NCBI GenBank assembly: GCA_964409365.1
Contig: CAYPCX010000007.1
Coordinates: 18,655-82,654 of the forward strand
DNA: 64,000 nt
Source: an uncultured Planctomycetia bacterium
Lineage (GTDB): Bacteria > Omnitrophota > Gorgyraeia > Tantalellales > Tantalellaceae
Direction: 5' to 3'
This document shows, in pieces, positions 39,849 through 49,146 of this stretch. Position 1 is the first letter of the stretch. Every line of letters begins with the position of its first letter. The position numbers were made by a program, and so were the translations under genes. Under the pieces are notes generated by a model that did not search any database, was not told the DNA's origin, and saw nothing but the letters and a program-made list of their open reading frames with translations.

Positions 39849-40983
39849 CATAGAACTTTTCCCGGCTTTGGGTTTCGATCTTTCCGCTTTAAGCGATGAA
39901 AAAAAGCTCATCGTCCTTTTTTCCAGGACGGATCTTGATGATGATATCCGGACGCAGGCGGAGTCCATACTTCACCCGGATAAAGTGGACTGGGACCGTT
40001 TCCTTGAGCTTGCCAACGTAAATCAGGTAACCTCTCTTTTTTACAGGTCCATTCAGCGGGTCGACGGCATTCCCGAAAAGGTGCTGGCCCGTTTGAGGGA
40101 ATGGTCGGCCGATATCTTCGCTTATAACATTAGGAACTTTGACGCCGCGAGGAGGCTTTCGGAACTTTTCCGCGAGGAAGAGATGGAGATCATTTTCACG
40201 AAGGGGCTTCCGTATCTCATTGATATATATGAAGATATGGGGCTCAGGGAGATGGCGGACGTCGATATTTTAGTGAAGCCGGAGGATATTCGCAAGGTGG
40301 ACATGCTGCTGGAAGGCGAAGGGTTCGCTCCTTTCGAAGAAAAGGAAGGGCTTGACGATTACAGGGCCCAGAAACTGTATTTTCGGGGTGACGGGATACA
40401 CCTGGACGTGCACAGGGGTTTTGTCGGGCGCATGCTGCACAACAGGGTCTTGGGAATAGATCCGGAAAAGGCCTGGGAGAATAAAAGAGAGCTCAGAAGG
40501 GACGATGTCCGCATTGATACACTTGACCTCACTCATACGCTTGTTTACCAGTGCCTGCACCTTTCCATGCAGCACAGTTTTTCCGGGATAAGGTGGTACG
40601 TCGACATCAATGAGTTCGTGAGAAAGTATGAGAAAGAGATCGATTGGGACAGGCTGGTCGACGCCGCGGGGGAGTACAGGATCAGGAAGCCCGTTTATTA
40701 TTCGCTTCTTTTTACGAAGGACATGTTCGATGCTCCCGTGCCCGGCCGGGTCATGAAAGAACTGAGCGGGGCAACGGGCAGGTGGGACCGGTGGTTCTTC
40801 CGCCGGATAAAGGCGAACGCGACGGGCGTGGATTATCTCGCGGAACTGGCGATGTTCGACAACTGCCTGGATGCCGCAAAGTTCATCATGCTGAGTTTCG
40901 TGTTTTATCCTCGCCGGATATTGCATTTTTTCGGGATATCAGGCAGTATATTTAAGGCATTACTATGGAAAAAGAAAAGTTGA
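39841..40983 (+). CDS. Nucleotidyltransferase family protein (NTP_transf_5-like)
   Basis: DW..F...A, KG......Y....LR.M.DVDILV, LDVH, H...H, W..DI. Confidence 0.87.
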   Translation: MHNIELFPALGFDLSALSDEKKLIVLFSRTDLDDDIRTQAESILHPDKVDWDRFLELANVNQVTSLFYRSIQRVDGIPEKVLARLREWSADIFAYNIRNFDAARRLSELFREEEMEIIFTKGLPYLIDIYEDMGLREMADVDILVKPEDIRKVDMLLEGEGFAPFEEKEGLDDYRAQKLYFRGDGIHLDVHRGFVGRMLHNRVLGIDPEKAWENKRELRRDDVRIDTLDLTHTLVYQCLHLSMQHSFSGIRWYVDINEFVRKYEKEIDWDRLVDAAGEYRIRKPVYYSLLFTKDMFDAPVPGRVMKELSGATGRWDRWFFRRIKANATGVDYLAELAMFDNCLDAAKFIMLSFVFYPRRILHFFGISGSIFKALLWKKKS

Positions 40984-41504
40984 GAGAGGTCTGGTGGACT
41001 ATAGCCGCGGCGTATGTCCTGGTTATCTATTCCACCCTTACGGTCGCGCCGAGTATATGGGAAAGTATCGATGTTTTCTTCGGCGGCAAGGCCATAATTG
41101 TCCTGTATTCTCTTTACTTCATAGCTGTCGTTTCTGTTCTGTATTATCTCATCCATGTAAAAAGAGAAATGTTCATTCTGACCTATATACTTTTTTTCCT
41201 TTTCATCGCTATCCTGTTCATGCTGACGAAGCTCGTAAAGAGTCCCGCGGAAAAGATACACTTGGCCGAGTACGCGATATTGGGAGTCATTTTATACAAC
41301 GCTTTAAAGGTGGATCTCGATGTTTACGGCGGAAAGCTTTATTTGTACGGTTCTCTCATCTGCGTTTTAGCGGGTTTTGGCGACGAAATAATACAGAAGT
41401 TCCTCCCCGGCAGGTTCTTCGGGTGGAAAGACGTCACCGTTAACGCCGTCAGTGGTATAATAGCCCTGCTTATGATCAGGTTCGTTGTCCTGAAAAAAAG
41501 TTAG
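40965..41504 (+). CDS. VanZ family membrane protein
   Basis: EKIHLAEYAILG, DEIIQ.FLPGR.F...DV..N. Confidence 0.87.
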   Translation: MEKEKLREVWWTIAAAYVLVIYSTLTVAPSIWESIDVFFGGKAIIVLYSLYFIAVVSVLYYLIHVKREMFILTYILFFLFIAILFMLTKLVKSPAEKIHLAEYAILGVILYNALKVDLDVYGGKLYLYGSLICVLAGFGDEIIQKFLPGRFFGWKDVTVNAVSGIIALLMIRFVVLKKS

Positions 41505-41598
41505 AAAAATATCCCTCAAAATTCTTTACAAGTTGTAAAGCTAAGTGATAAAATAAGTAACGCCGCTCGACGGTCGGTGACAGGGAAAGAAGAGCATA

Positions 41599-41955
41599 AT
41601 GCCGGAACATAGAAGAGTAGTAATAGCAGACGATAACAGGGAGATATGCGAACTGATCTCGGATGTCCTCGGACATTCGGGATACAACGTAGATACGGTA
41701 TATAACGGTTATGAGCTTTTGTCCTATCTGGAGAATAACAACCCTTCCATAATAATACTTGATCTGATGATGCCGGAGAAGACCGGCCTTTCTATCCTCA
41801 GCACGCTCAAACAGGTATCCCCTTATGCCCGTATCATCATCTATACGGGTTACCAGGAATATGAGAACAGCGTCTACGCCAGGACGGCGGACAGGTTCCT
41901 TGTGAAGGGCGGGAGCATGGAGGACCTGATCCAGGCCGTGCAGGACCTGACCTGA
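41599..41955 (+). CDS. Stand-alone response regulator receiver
   Basis: IADD, ILDLMMP, YTG, VKG. Possible upstream promoter TTTACA-N18-TAAAAT at 41525-41554. Confidence 0.9.
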   Translation: MPEHRRVVIADDNREICELISDVLGHSGYNVDTVYNGYELLSYLENNNPSIIILDLMMPEKTGLSILSTLKQVSPYARIIIYTGYQEYENSVYARTADRFLVKGGSMEDLIQAVQDLT

Positions 41956-43078
<1,123 letters not shown>

Positions 43079-43080
<2 letters not shown>

Positions 43081-43106
43081 TATCCAACATCTAAGATCTA
43101 ACATCT
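43079..43106. repeat. Heptamer array (AACATCT type) at the tgt stop
   Basis: aatatcc aacatct aagatct aacatct; reverse complement of the AGATGTT arrays at 46744 and 51244. Confidence 0.75.
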
Positions 43107-43135
43107 GACTTGTCGTTCTCTTCTTATATACACTG

Positions 43136-43163
43136 TTGCAATTTCAGCGAATTTTAGTATACT
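43136..43163 (+). promoter_or_regulatory. Putative sigma70 promoter for yajC-secDF
   Basis: TTGCAA-N16-TATACT. Confidence 0.5.
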
Positions 43164-43221
43164 TATACATATCTTATCTTGATTTACCTGCCAAAATAAC
43201 ATACTGAGGAAGGAGCATTAC

Positions 43222-43551
43222 ATGTTAACATTAGCATTTGCCCAGGAACAGGCTGCACAGGCTGGAACGGGAGCGGTCAGGGCCAACCCGATAATGGGCC
43301 TCATGCCGATATTCCTGATATTCATCATTTTCTATTTCCTGCTCATACGTCCGCAGAAGAAGACGCAGCAGGACCATGCCAAGATGCTCGGGGCCCTCCA
43401 GAAGAACGACGAGGTCGTCACTTCGGGCGGCATACACGGTACGATCGTCAATATCCAGGATGATGTGGTGACGCTGCGCATAGATGACAATACGAGGGTA
43501 AAGATACAGAAGGCGTCGATAGCCAGGCTCAAAAAGACCAAATCAGAATAG
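43222..43551 (+). CDS. yajC: Preprotein translocase subunit YajC
   Basis: FYFLLIRPQKK, L.KNDEVVTSGGIHG. Confidence 0.97.
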   Translation: MLTLAFAQEQAAQAGTGAVRANPIMGLMPIFLIFIIFYFLLIRPQKKTQQDHAKMLGALQKNDEVVTSGGIHGTIVNIQDDVVTLRIDDNTRVKIQKASIARLKKTKSE

Positions 43552-43570
43552 AAGGAGGGATCACGGGAAT

Positions 43571-45799
43571 ATGGGTAAGAATCTCAAGTGGAAAGCTTTG
43601 TTGATAGTCCTTGTGGCGGCCGCTGCCATATGGTTTTCATACCCGCCGTTGGACGTGGTTGACCGGGAAGGGAACGTTGCCCAGGAAGGCAAGATAAACC
43701 TTGGGCTCGACCTGCAGGGCGGCATGCACCTTGTGCTCGAGGTGGATACCTCGAAACTTTCCGCGAACGAGGCGAAAGACGCGCCCCAGCGCGCGCTTGA
43801 GATCATACGCAACAGGATAGACCAGTTCGGCGTGTTGGAACCGGTGATACAGCTTCAGGGCAACAACAGGCTGCTCGTGCAGCTTCCGGGCATAACCGAC
43901 AGGCAAAGGGCCAAGGATATAATCGGGAAGACGGCCCACCTGGAATTCCGGCTGGTATCCGATGACCCCGATCTTTTAAAGAAGGCTACGGGAGGCGAGA
44001 TAGTAGCAGGATACGAGCTGAAGACCATCAAGAGAAGGGACGATTCGGAAGAGCAGGTCCTGATAGCTGAGGAAGCGGTCCTTACCGGGGACCTCCTTGT
44101 GGACGCTACAACGGAGTTCAGCCAGCAGGGCTTCGGCCAGCCCTATGTCTCGCTCGAGCTTAACGATAAAGGCGCCGACATATTCGCGGACGTGACGGGC
44201 CGTAACGTGGGCAAGCGCCTGGCCGTGGTGCTCGACGGCGAAGTGAACACCGCGCCCGTGATACGGGAGAGGATACCTTCCGGCAGGGCGCAGATAACCG
44301 GCAATTTCTCGCTCCAGGAAGCGAAGGATATCGCCCTCATCCTGCGGGCCGGTGCTTTACCCGCCCCGGTAGAGATCATCGAGGAGAGAAGCGTGGGCCC
44401 GGCGCTCGGGAAGGATTCCGTCCGGCAGGGTATCAACGCCATCATCATAGGCGGTATCCTGGTGCTTTCGTTCATGGCTATATATTACCTGCTCGCGGGG
44501 CTCATAGCCGACATGGCCCTTGTGCTTAACATAGTGCTCATAACGGGCGCGCTTTCATATTTTAAAGCCACGCTTACGCTTCCCGGTATAGCGGGTCTTG
44601 TGCTCACCATCGGTATGGCGGTCGACGCCAATGTCCTGATCTTCGAGAGGATACGCGAGGAATCGAGGCTCGGTAAGTCTCTCAGGGCGGCCATCCACGC
44701 GGGGTACGACAAGGCTTTCTGGACCATCCTTGACGCTAACGTGACGACGCTCATCACCGCGCTGATACTCTTCCAGTTCGGGACCGGGCCGGTGAGAGGG
44801 TTCGCGACTACTTTGAGCATAGGTATCCTGGCCAGCATGTTCACCGCGCTCGTCGTCACGCGTGTCGTGTTCGACCTTATCACGATCGCCAGGCCGCAGA
44901 TGGAGAAGCTCCCCATGCTGCAGTTCTTCAGCCAGCCGAACATACCGTTCGTTAATATACGCAAGGGAGCGTACGCTTTTTCGGTGATCCTGATAATCCT
45001 GGGGATGTCGCTTTTTATCCACCGGGGCGAGAAGAATTACGGTGTGGATTTTACGGGAGGCACGCTTCACCAGTTCCGGTTCACCGAGGTCGTCCCCGTC
45101 GATGAGGTGAGGTCCATCCTCGCGGGTGTCGGGCTCGGGGAGTCGTCCATCCAGCAGTTCGGGGAAGGCAAGGAAATGATAATCAGGTCGTATGCCGGGA
45201 AGACCGAGGATATCGTCTCCAGCCTGAAGGAAAGGTATGGCGTGGATTCCGTCGAGGTCCTGAGGGTGGAAACGGTGGGCCCGGCGGTAGGCGAAGACCT
45301 CAGGAGGGCGGCTATCAAGGCGCTTATCTTCGCCATGATAGGGATATGTATCTATATATCGTTAAGGTTCGAGTTCAGGTTCGCCGTCACGGCGATCATA
45401 GCGATCATCCACGATCTTCTGGTCAGTCTGGGGATGATCGCCCTTACCGGGAGGGAGATATCGCTGCCTGTCATTGCGGCTCTGTTGACCATCGTGGGTT
45501 ATTCCATAAACGATACGATAGTCCTTTTTGACCGGATAAGGGAGGACAGGAAGTTCATGCGCAAGGCCGGCCAGGAAGAGATAATCAACACCAGTATAAA
45601 CCAGACGCTTTCGAGGACGGTGCTCACGTCGCTTACAACGCTGCTCGTTGTCCTGGCCCTGTTCTTTGTCGGCGGCAAGGTCATCAACGATTTCGCTTTC
45701 GTGCTGATGGTCGGCGTGCTGGTCGGTACTTATTCTTCAATATTCATCGCAAGCCCGCTCCTTATAGACTGGCCGGGGCGGAGGGTAGTAAGACGGTGA
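43571..45799 (+). CDS. secDF: Fused SecDF translocase subunit
   Basis: LGLDLQGG, RID.FGV.EP, GMAVDANV, GVDFTGG, GYSINDTIV.FDRIRE in a single ORF. Confidence 0.97.
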   Translation: MGKNLKWKALLIVLVAAAAIWFSYPPLDVVDREGNVAQEGKINLGLDLQGGMHLVLEVDTSKLSANEAKDAPQRALEIIRNRIDQFGVLEPVIQLQGNNRLLVQLPGITDRQRAKDIIGKTAHLEFRLVSDDPDLLKKATGGEIVAGYELKTIKRRDDSEEQVLIAEEAVLTGDLLVDATTEFSQQGFGQPYVSLELNDKGADIFADVTGRNVGKRLAVVLDGEVNTAPVIRERIPSGRAQITGNFSLQEAKDIALILRAGALPAPVEIIEERSVGPALGKDSVRQGINAIIIGGILVLSFMAIYYLLAGLIADMALVLNIVLITGALSYFKATLTLPGIAGLVLTIGMAVDANVLIFERIREESRLGKSLRAAIHAGYDKAFWTILDANVTTLITALILFQFGTGPVRGFATTLSIGILASMFTALVVTRVVFDLITIARPQMEKLPMLQFFSQPNIPFVNIRKGAYAFSVILIILGMSLFIHRGEKNYGVDFTGGTLHQFRFTEVVPVDEVRSILAGVGLGESSIQQFGEGKEMIIRSYAGKTEDIVSSLKERYGVDSVEVLRVETVGPAVGEDLRRAAIKALIFAMIGICIYISLRFEFRFAVTAIIAIIHDLLVSLGMIALTGREISLPVIAALLTIVGYSINDTIVLFDRIREDRKFMRKAGQEEIINTSINQTLSRTVLTSLTTLLVVLALFFVGGKVINDFAFVLMVGVLVGTYSSIFIASPLLIDWPGRRVVRR

Positions 45800-45826
45800 T
45801 TCCCGTCGACACTTCGGCGCTGCGTC

Positions 45827-46714
45827 ATGCTGCATTTCAATGAAAAGGGGTATAAGGAAGGCGAAAAAGGCGCCTGGCTGGGGATACTCACCAATATCCT
45901 TCTTTTCGCGATCAAGTTCGCCGCGGGGGTTTTGGGCAGGTCCCAGGCGATGGTGGCCGACGCTTTCCATACCGCGAGCGACGCGTTCACCAGCATAGGT
46001 GTGCTGATAGGGTTCAAGATAGCGCAGAGGCCCCCCGACAAGCACCATCCTTTAGGGCACGGGCGGGCGGAATCGATAGTCGCGAAGATAGTATCTCTTA
46101 TCCTCATACTGGTCGGCCTGGAGGTCGCCTACCACTCGGCGAGGGTCCTTATCGCCGGGAAGATGACGGAACCCGGGAACATAGCTCTGGTGGTGGTCAT
46201 CATCTCCATAATCGTGAAAGAGATGACATACCGCCGGGTGATCGCCGTCAGCAGCAGGATAAAGAGCCTTTCGCTTAAGACGGACGCTTACCATCACCGG
46301 AGCGACGTGCTTTCATCCGTGGCGGCTCTCGTGGGTATAGTGGGAGCCAAGTTCGGCCATACGTTCATGGACCCGCTGGCCGGTATAGTCGTAGGCGCTT
46401 TTATCATAAAGATCGGGGCGGAAGCGTTCCACGCGGCTTACGATGAACTGATGGACGCCGCGCCCTCGGAGGAGTTCAAGGGGAAGGTGCGGGGAATAGT
46501 CGCCGGCGTAGAGGGCGTAAAAGAAGTGAAGGACATAATGGCAAGGAAGACGGGGATCGAGTATTTCCTCGAGGTTATTATAGGAGTGGACGCTACGAAG
46601 ACGGTAGAGGAAGGCCACACCGTTACCATGAAGATAAAGAGGGATATGTTCAAGGCGATGCCGGATGTAAGGGACGTTATAGTCCACGTCGAGCCTTGCG
46701 GCGCATCCGATTAA
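45827..46714 (+). CDS. Cation diffusion facilitator transporter (FieF-like)
   Basis: S.AM.ADAFHT..D, PPD..HP.GHGRAE, DA.H..SD, IVHVEP. Confidence 0.93.
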   Translation: MLHFNEKGYKEGEKGAWLGILTNILLFAIKFAAGVLGRSQAMVADAFHTASDAFTSIGVLIGFKIAQRPPDKHHPLGHGRAESIVAKIVSLILILVGLEVAYHSARVLIAGKMTEPGNIALVVVIISIIVKEMTYRRVIAVSSRIKSLSLKTDAYHHRSDVLSSVAALVGIVGAKFGHTFMDPLAGIVVGAFIIKIGAEAFHAAYDELMDAAPSEEFKGKVRGIVAGVEGVKEVKDIMARKTGIEYFLEVIIGVDATKTVEEGHTVTMKIKRDMFKAMPDVRDVIVHVEPCGASD

Positions 46715-46743
46715 CCCGGAAACAATATGCAGGTTAACGGGTT

Positions 46744-46883
46744 TTGATATTAGATGTTAGATGTTGGATGTTAGATATTTGATGTTAGATTTTAGTTGTT
46801 AGTTTTTAGTTCTTAGTTTTTAGTCGTACAACTCATAACTAACAACTCACAACTCAATACTCAATACTTTATACTTGATACTT
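46744..46883. repeat. Twenty consecutive in-phase degenerate heptamers ending exactly at the recJ ATG
   Basis: Unit series TAGATGT -> TAGTTTT -> ACAACTC -> AATACTT. Confidence 0.9.
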
Positions 46884-48578
46884 ATGAGAAAGATCTGGAA
46901 ACCGCTCGACGCGAATCCACGGCTGCAAAAAAAACTCAGCGATGAGCTCGGAATATCACCGGTCTTCGCGCAGCTTCTTTTGAACAGGAATATCAGGACT
47001 CCGGAGGAAGCCCAGTTCTTTCTTTTCGGCGACCTCACGCATTGTCACGACCCGTCCCTCCTGAAAGACATGGAAAAGGCGGTGCGGCGGATAAAGCAGG
47101 CGGTCGAGAAGAGAGAAAAGATACTTATCTACGGCGATTATGACGTGGACGGGGTGACCTCCACGGCTCTCCTCGCGAACGTATTCGGGGAGATCGGAGC
47201 CGATTTCGAGACGTTCATACCGAACCGGCTGGAAGAGGGCTACGGCCTGAACCTCGGGGCCGTCGCGGTGGCGAGGGAACGCGGCATAGGCCTCATCGTT
47301 ACGGTAGATTGCGGCATCAATTCCGTGAAGGAGGTCGAATGCGCGAACGGTTACGGCATCGACGTGATCGTGACCGACCACCACGAGGTGAAAGCGGACG
47401 AACATCCGCCGGCCTACGCCATTATCGATCCTCACCAGGCCGACTGCCGGTATCCGTTCAAATACCTGGCAGGGGTAGGGGTCGCGTACAAGCTGGCCCG
47501 CGCCCTGATGCGGGGGTACGAGGATTCCGTGGACAGGCATCTTGACCTTGTGGCGCTCGGGACGGTGGCCGATATCGCCCCGCTTCACGGCGAGAACAGG
47601 ATCCTCACGAAGCTCGGTATGAACCGGCTCAAGGGTACTGACAAGCTCGGCCTTAAGGCGCTCATGGACGTGGCCAGGATAAGCCCGGAAAAACTTACCT
47701 GCAGGCATATAGGTTTTATATTAGGGCCCCGTATAAACGCGATGGGGCGCGTGGGGTCGGCGAACGTCGCGCTGGAGCTCCTTTTGATGAAGGACGCCGC
47801 GGAAGCGAAAAAGCTTGCCAACGTTCTTGAAAGAGAGAACAGGAACCGCCAGGCCATAGAAAAGGGTATCTTGAAGCAGGCGGTCGAAAAGGTGGAAGAA
47901 CTGATGGCCTTTGGCGAACAGAACGCCATCGTCCTGGCGGACGAGGCGTGGCATCCGGGCGTTATAGGTATCGTCGCGTCCAGGTTGACCGAGGAATATG
48001 GTGTCCCGGCGGTCCTGATCGCGCTCGAAGGCGAAAAGGGAAAGGGGTCCGGCCGGAGCGTCGACGGGTTCAACCTGTTCGAAGCGATCATGGAGGCGGA
48101 GGAACACCTTATAGATTTCGGCGGGCACGAAGCGGCCTGCGGCGTCAGGATAAAAAAAGAGAAAGTGGATGCTTTCAGGGAAAAACTCAATAAAGTAGCC
48201 GAAGGATATTTCGCGGGGAGGGAAGCGACCCTTCCTGAACTGGATATAGACCTGAGCCTGCCGTTCTCCCGGATAGGGGGCAACCTGGTGAATGAGCTCC
48301 AGCTTTTGATGCCTTACGGCCCCGGCAACAGTGAACCGGTCTTTTCGACCGGCGGCATCAAAGTGAAGAACACGCCGCGCGAGATCGGCAGGAACGGTTT
48401 CAAGTTCCTCGCCAACTGCGGTAACCTTACCTGGGAGGCAGTGACCTTCAGGAAGAATGAGGTGCTGAAACCGAAGGCAGGGAACAAGATCAATCTCGCC
48501 TATACGCCGTCCATTAACAGCTGGGACGGTATCGACTCCATCCAGCTCAATATCAAGGATATACAGGTAGTAAACTGA
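46884..48578 (+). CDS. recJ: ssDNA exonuclease RecJ
   Basis: YGDYDVDG, TVDCG, TDHH, GTVAD, PRINA.GR, GSGRS, FGGH..A.G, P.G.GN. Confidence 0.97.
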   Translation: MRKIWKPLDANPRLQKKLSDELGISPVFAQLLLNRNIRTPEEAQFFLFGDLTHCHDPSLLKDMEKAVRRIKQAVEKREKILIYGDYDVDGVTSTALLANVFGEIGADFETFIPNRLEEGYGLNLGAVAVARERGIGLIVTVDCGINSVKEVECANGYGIDVIVTDHHEVKADEHPPAYAIIDPHQADCRYPFKYLAGVGVAYKLARALMRGYEDSVDRHLDLVALGTVADIAPLHGENRILTKLGMNRLKGTDKLGLKALMDVARISPEKLTCRHIGFILGPRINAMGRVGSANVALELLLMKDAAEAKKLANVLERENRNRQAIEKGILKQAVEKVEELMAFGEQNAIVLADEAWHPGVIGIVASRLTEEYGVPAVLIALEGEKGKGSGRSVDGFNLFEAIMEAEEHLIDFGGHEAACGVRIKKEKVDAFREKLNKVAEGYFAGREATLPELDIDLSLPFSRIGGNLVNELQLLMPYGPGNSEPVFSTGGIKVKNTPREIGRNGFKFLANCGNLTWEAVTFRKNEVLKPKAGNKINLAYTPSINSWDGIDSIQLNIKDIQVVN

Positions 48579-48613
48579 TTTAATGTTTGAGAGGATTTTC
48601 GGGGACGTGAATT

Positions 48614-48710
48614 TTTTAACAAAGAAGAGTACCCCGTGCTCAAACAGTTTTTGCCTCGCATGTTCACGACAGCAAAAAAACTGCGCGCGGGACACTCTCC
48701 TCTGTTTAAA
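48614..48710. repeat. Long imperfect hairpin between convergent recJ and rpmB
   Basis: aacaaagaagagt..cccgtgc..cagtttttgc / gcaaaaaaactg..gcgcggg..actctcctctgtt. Confidence 0.65.
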
Positions 48711-48790
48711 TAGCATGGGCGGAACGATTAAAACCACTCAACCATAGAACTATTTTTCAACAGAAATAAGCGACGAGCTGGGTGGGGTAC

Positions 48791-49021
48791 TTATGCTACT
48801 TTTTTGACCTTGCCGGCTTTGAGACACTTGGAGCAGACCTTGATCTTTTTCTTTTTACCCTGGATAAGGACGTTCACGGTCTGTATGTTGGGGGCGAACC
48901 GGCGGAGGGTCTTTCCGGTGATCCTCTGACCTACGCCGCCTTTACTTTTGGCCATACCTCTCCGGGCTATGGTCCTTCCGCTTACGGGTTTCTTGCCGCA
49001 TATATAACATTCCCTTGCCAT
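48791..49021 (-). CDS. rpmB: 50S ribosomal protein L28
   Basis: MARECYICGK...RRFAPNIQ...KVCSKCLK. Confidence 0.97.
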   Translation of the reverse strand: MARECYICGKKPVSGRTIARRGMAKSKGGVGQRITGKTLRRFAPNIQTVNVLIQGKKKKIKVCSKCLKAGKVKKVA

Positions 49022-49109
49022 CCTGGAACCTTTCTTTTATAATTTACAAATGGCCGCTGTTTTAGCGGCTAAATCAATCTATATAAGTACTTTAGCGAAA
49101 ACAGGGCAA

Positions 49110-49138
49110 ATAATATCACATTAGAAAATATTATGCAA
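49110..49138 (-). promoter_or_regulatory. Putative sigma70 promoter of rpmB
   Basis: On the minus strand, TTGCAT-N17-TATTAT with TGn extension. Confidence 0.55.
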
Positions 49139-49146
49139 GGGAAAAA

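Noticed and set aside
38517-40983. Lasso peptide or PQQ biosynthesis cluster
   Set aside because: No asparagine-synthetase-like cyclase, transglutaminase B2 protease or PqqB/C. The precursor is Cys-periodic and lacks the PqqA ExxxY context.
46744-46883. Heptamer arrays as CRISPR arrays or classical phase-variation SSRs
   Set aside because: There is no repeat-spacer structure and no cas genes. The units are degenerate and almost all intergenic, unlike perfect slippage tracts in coding regions.
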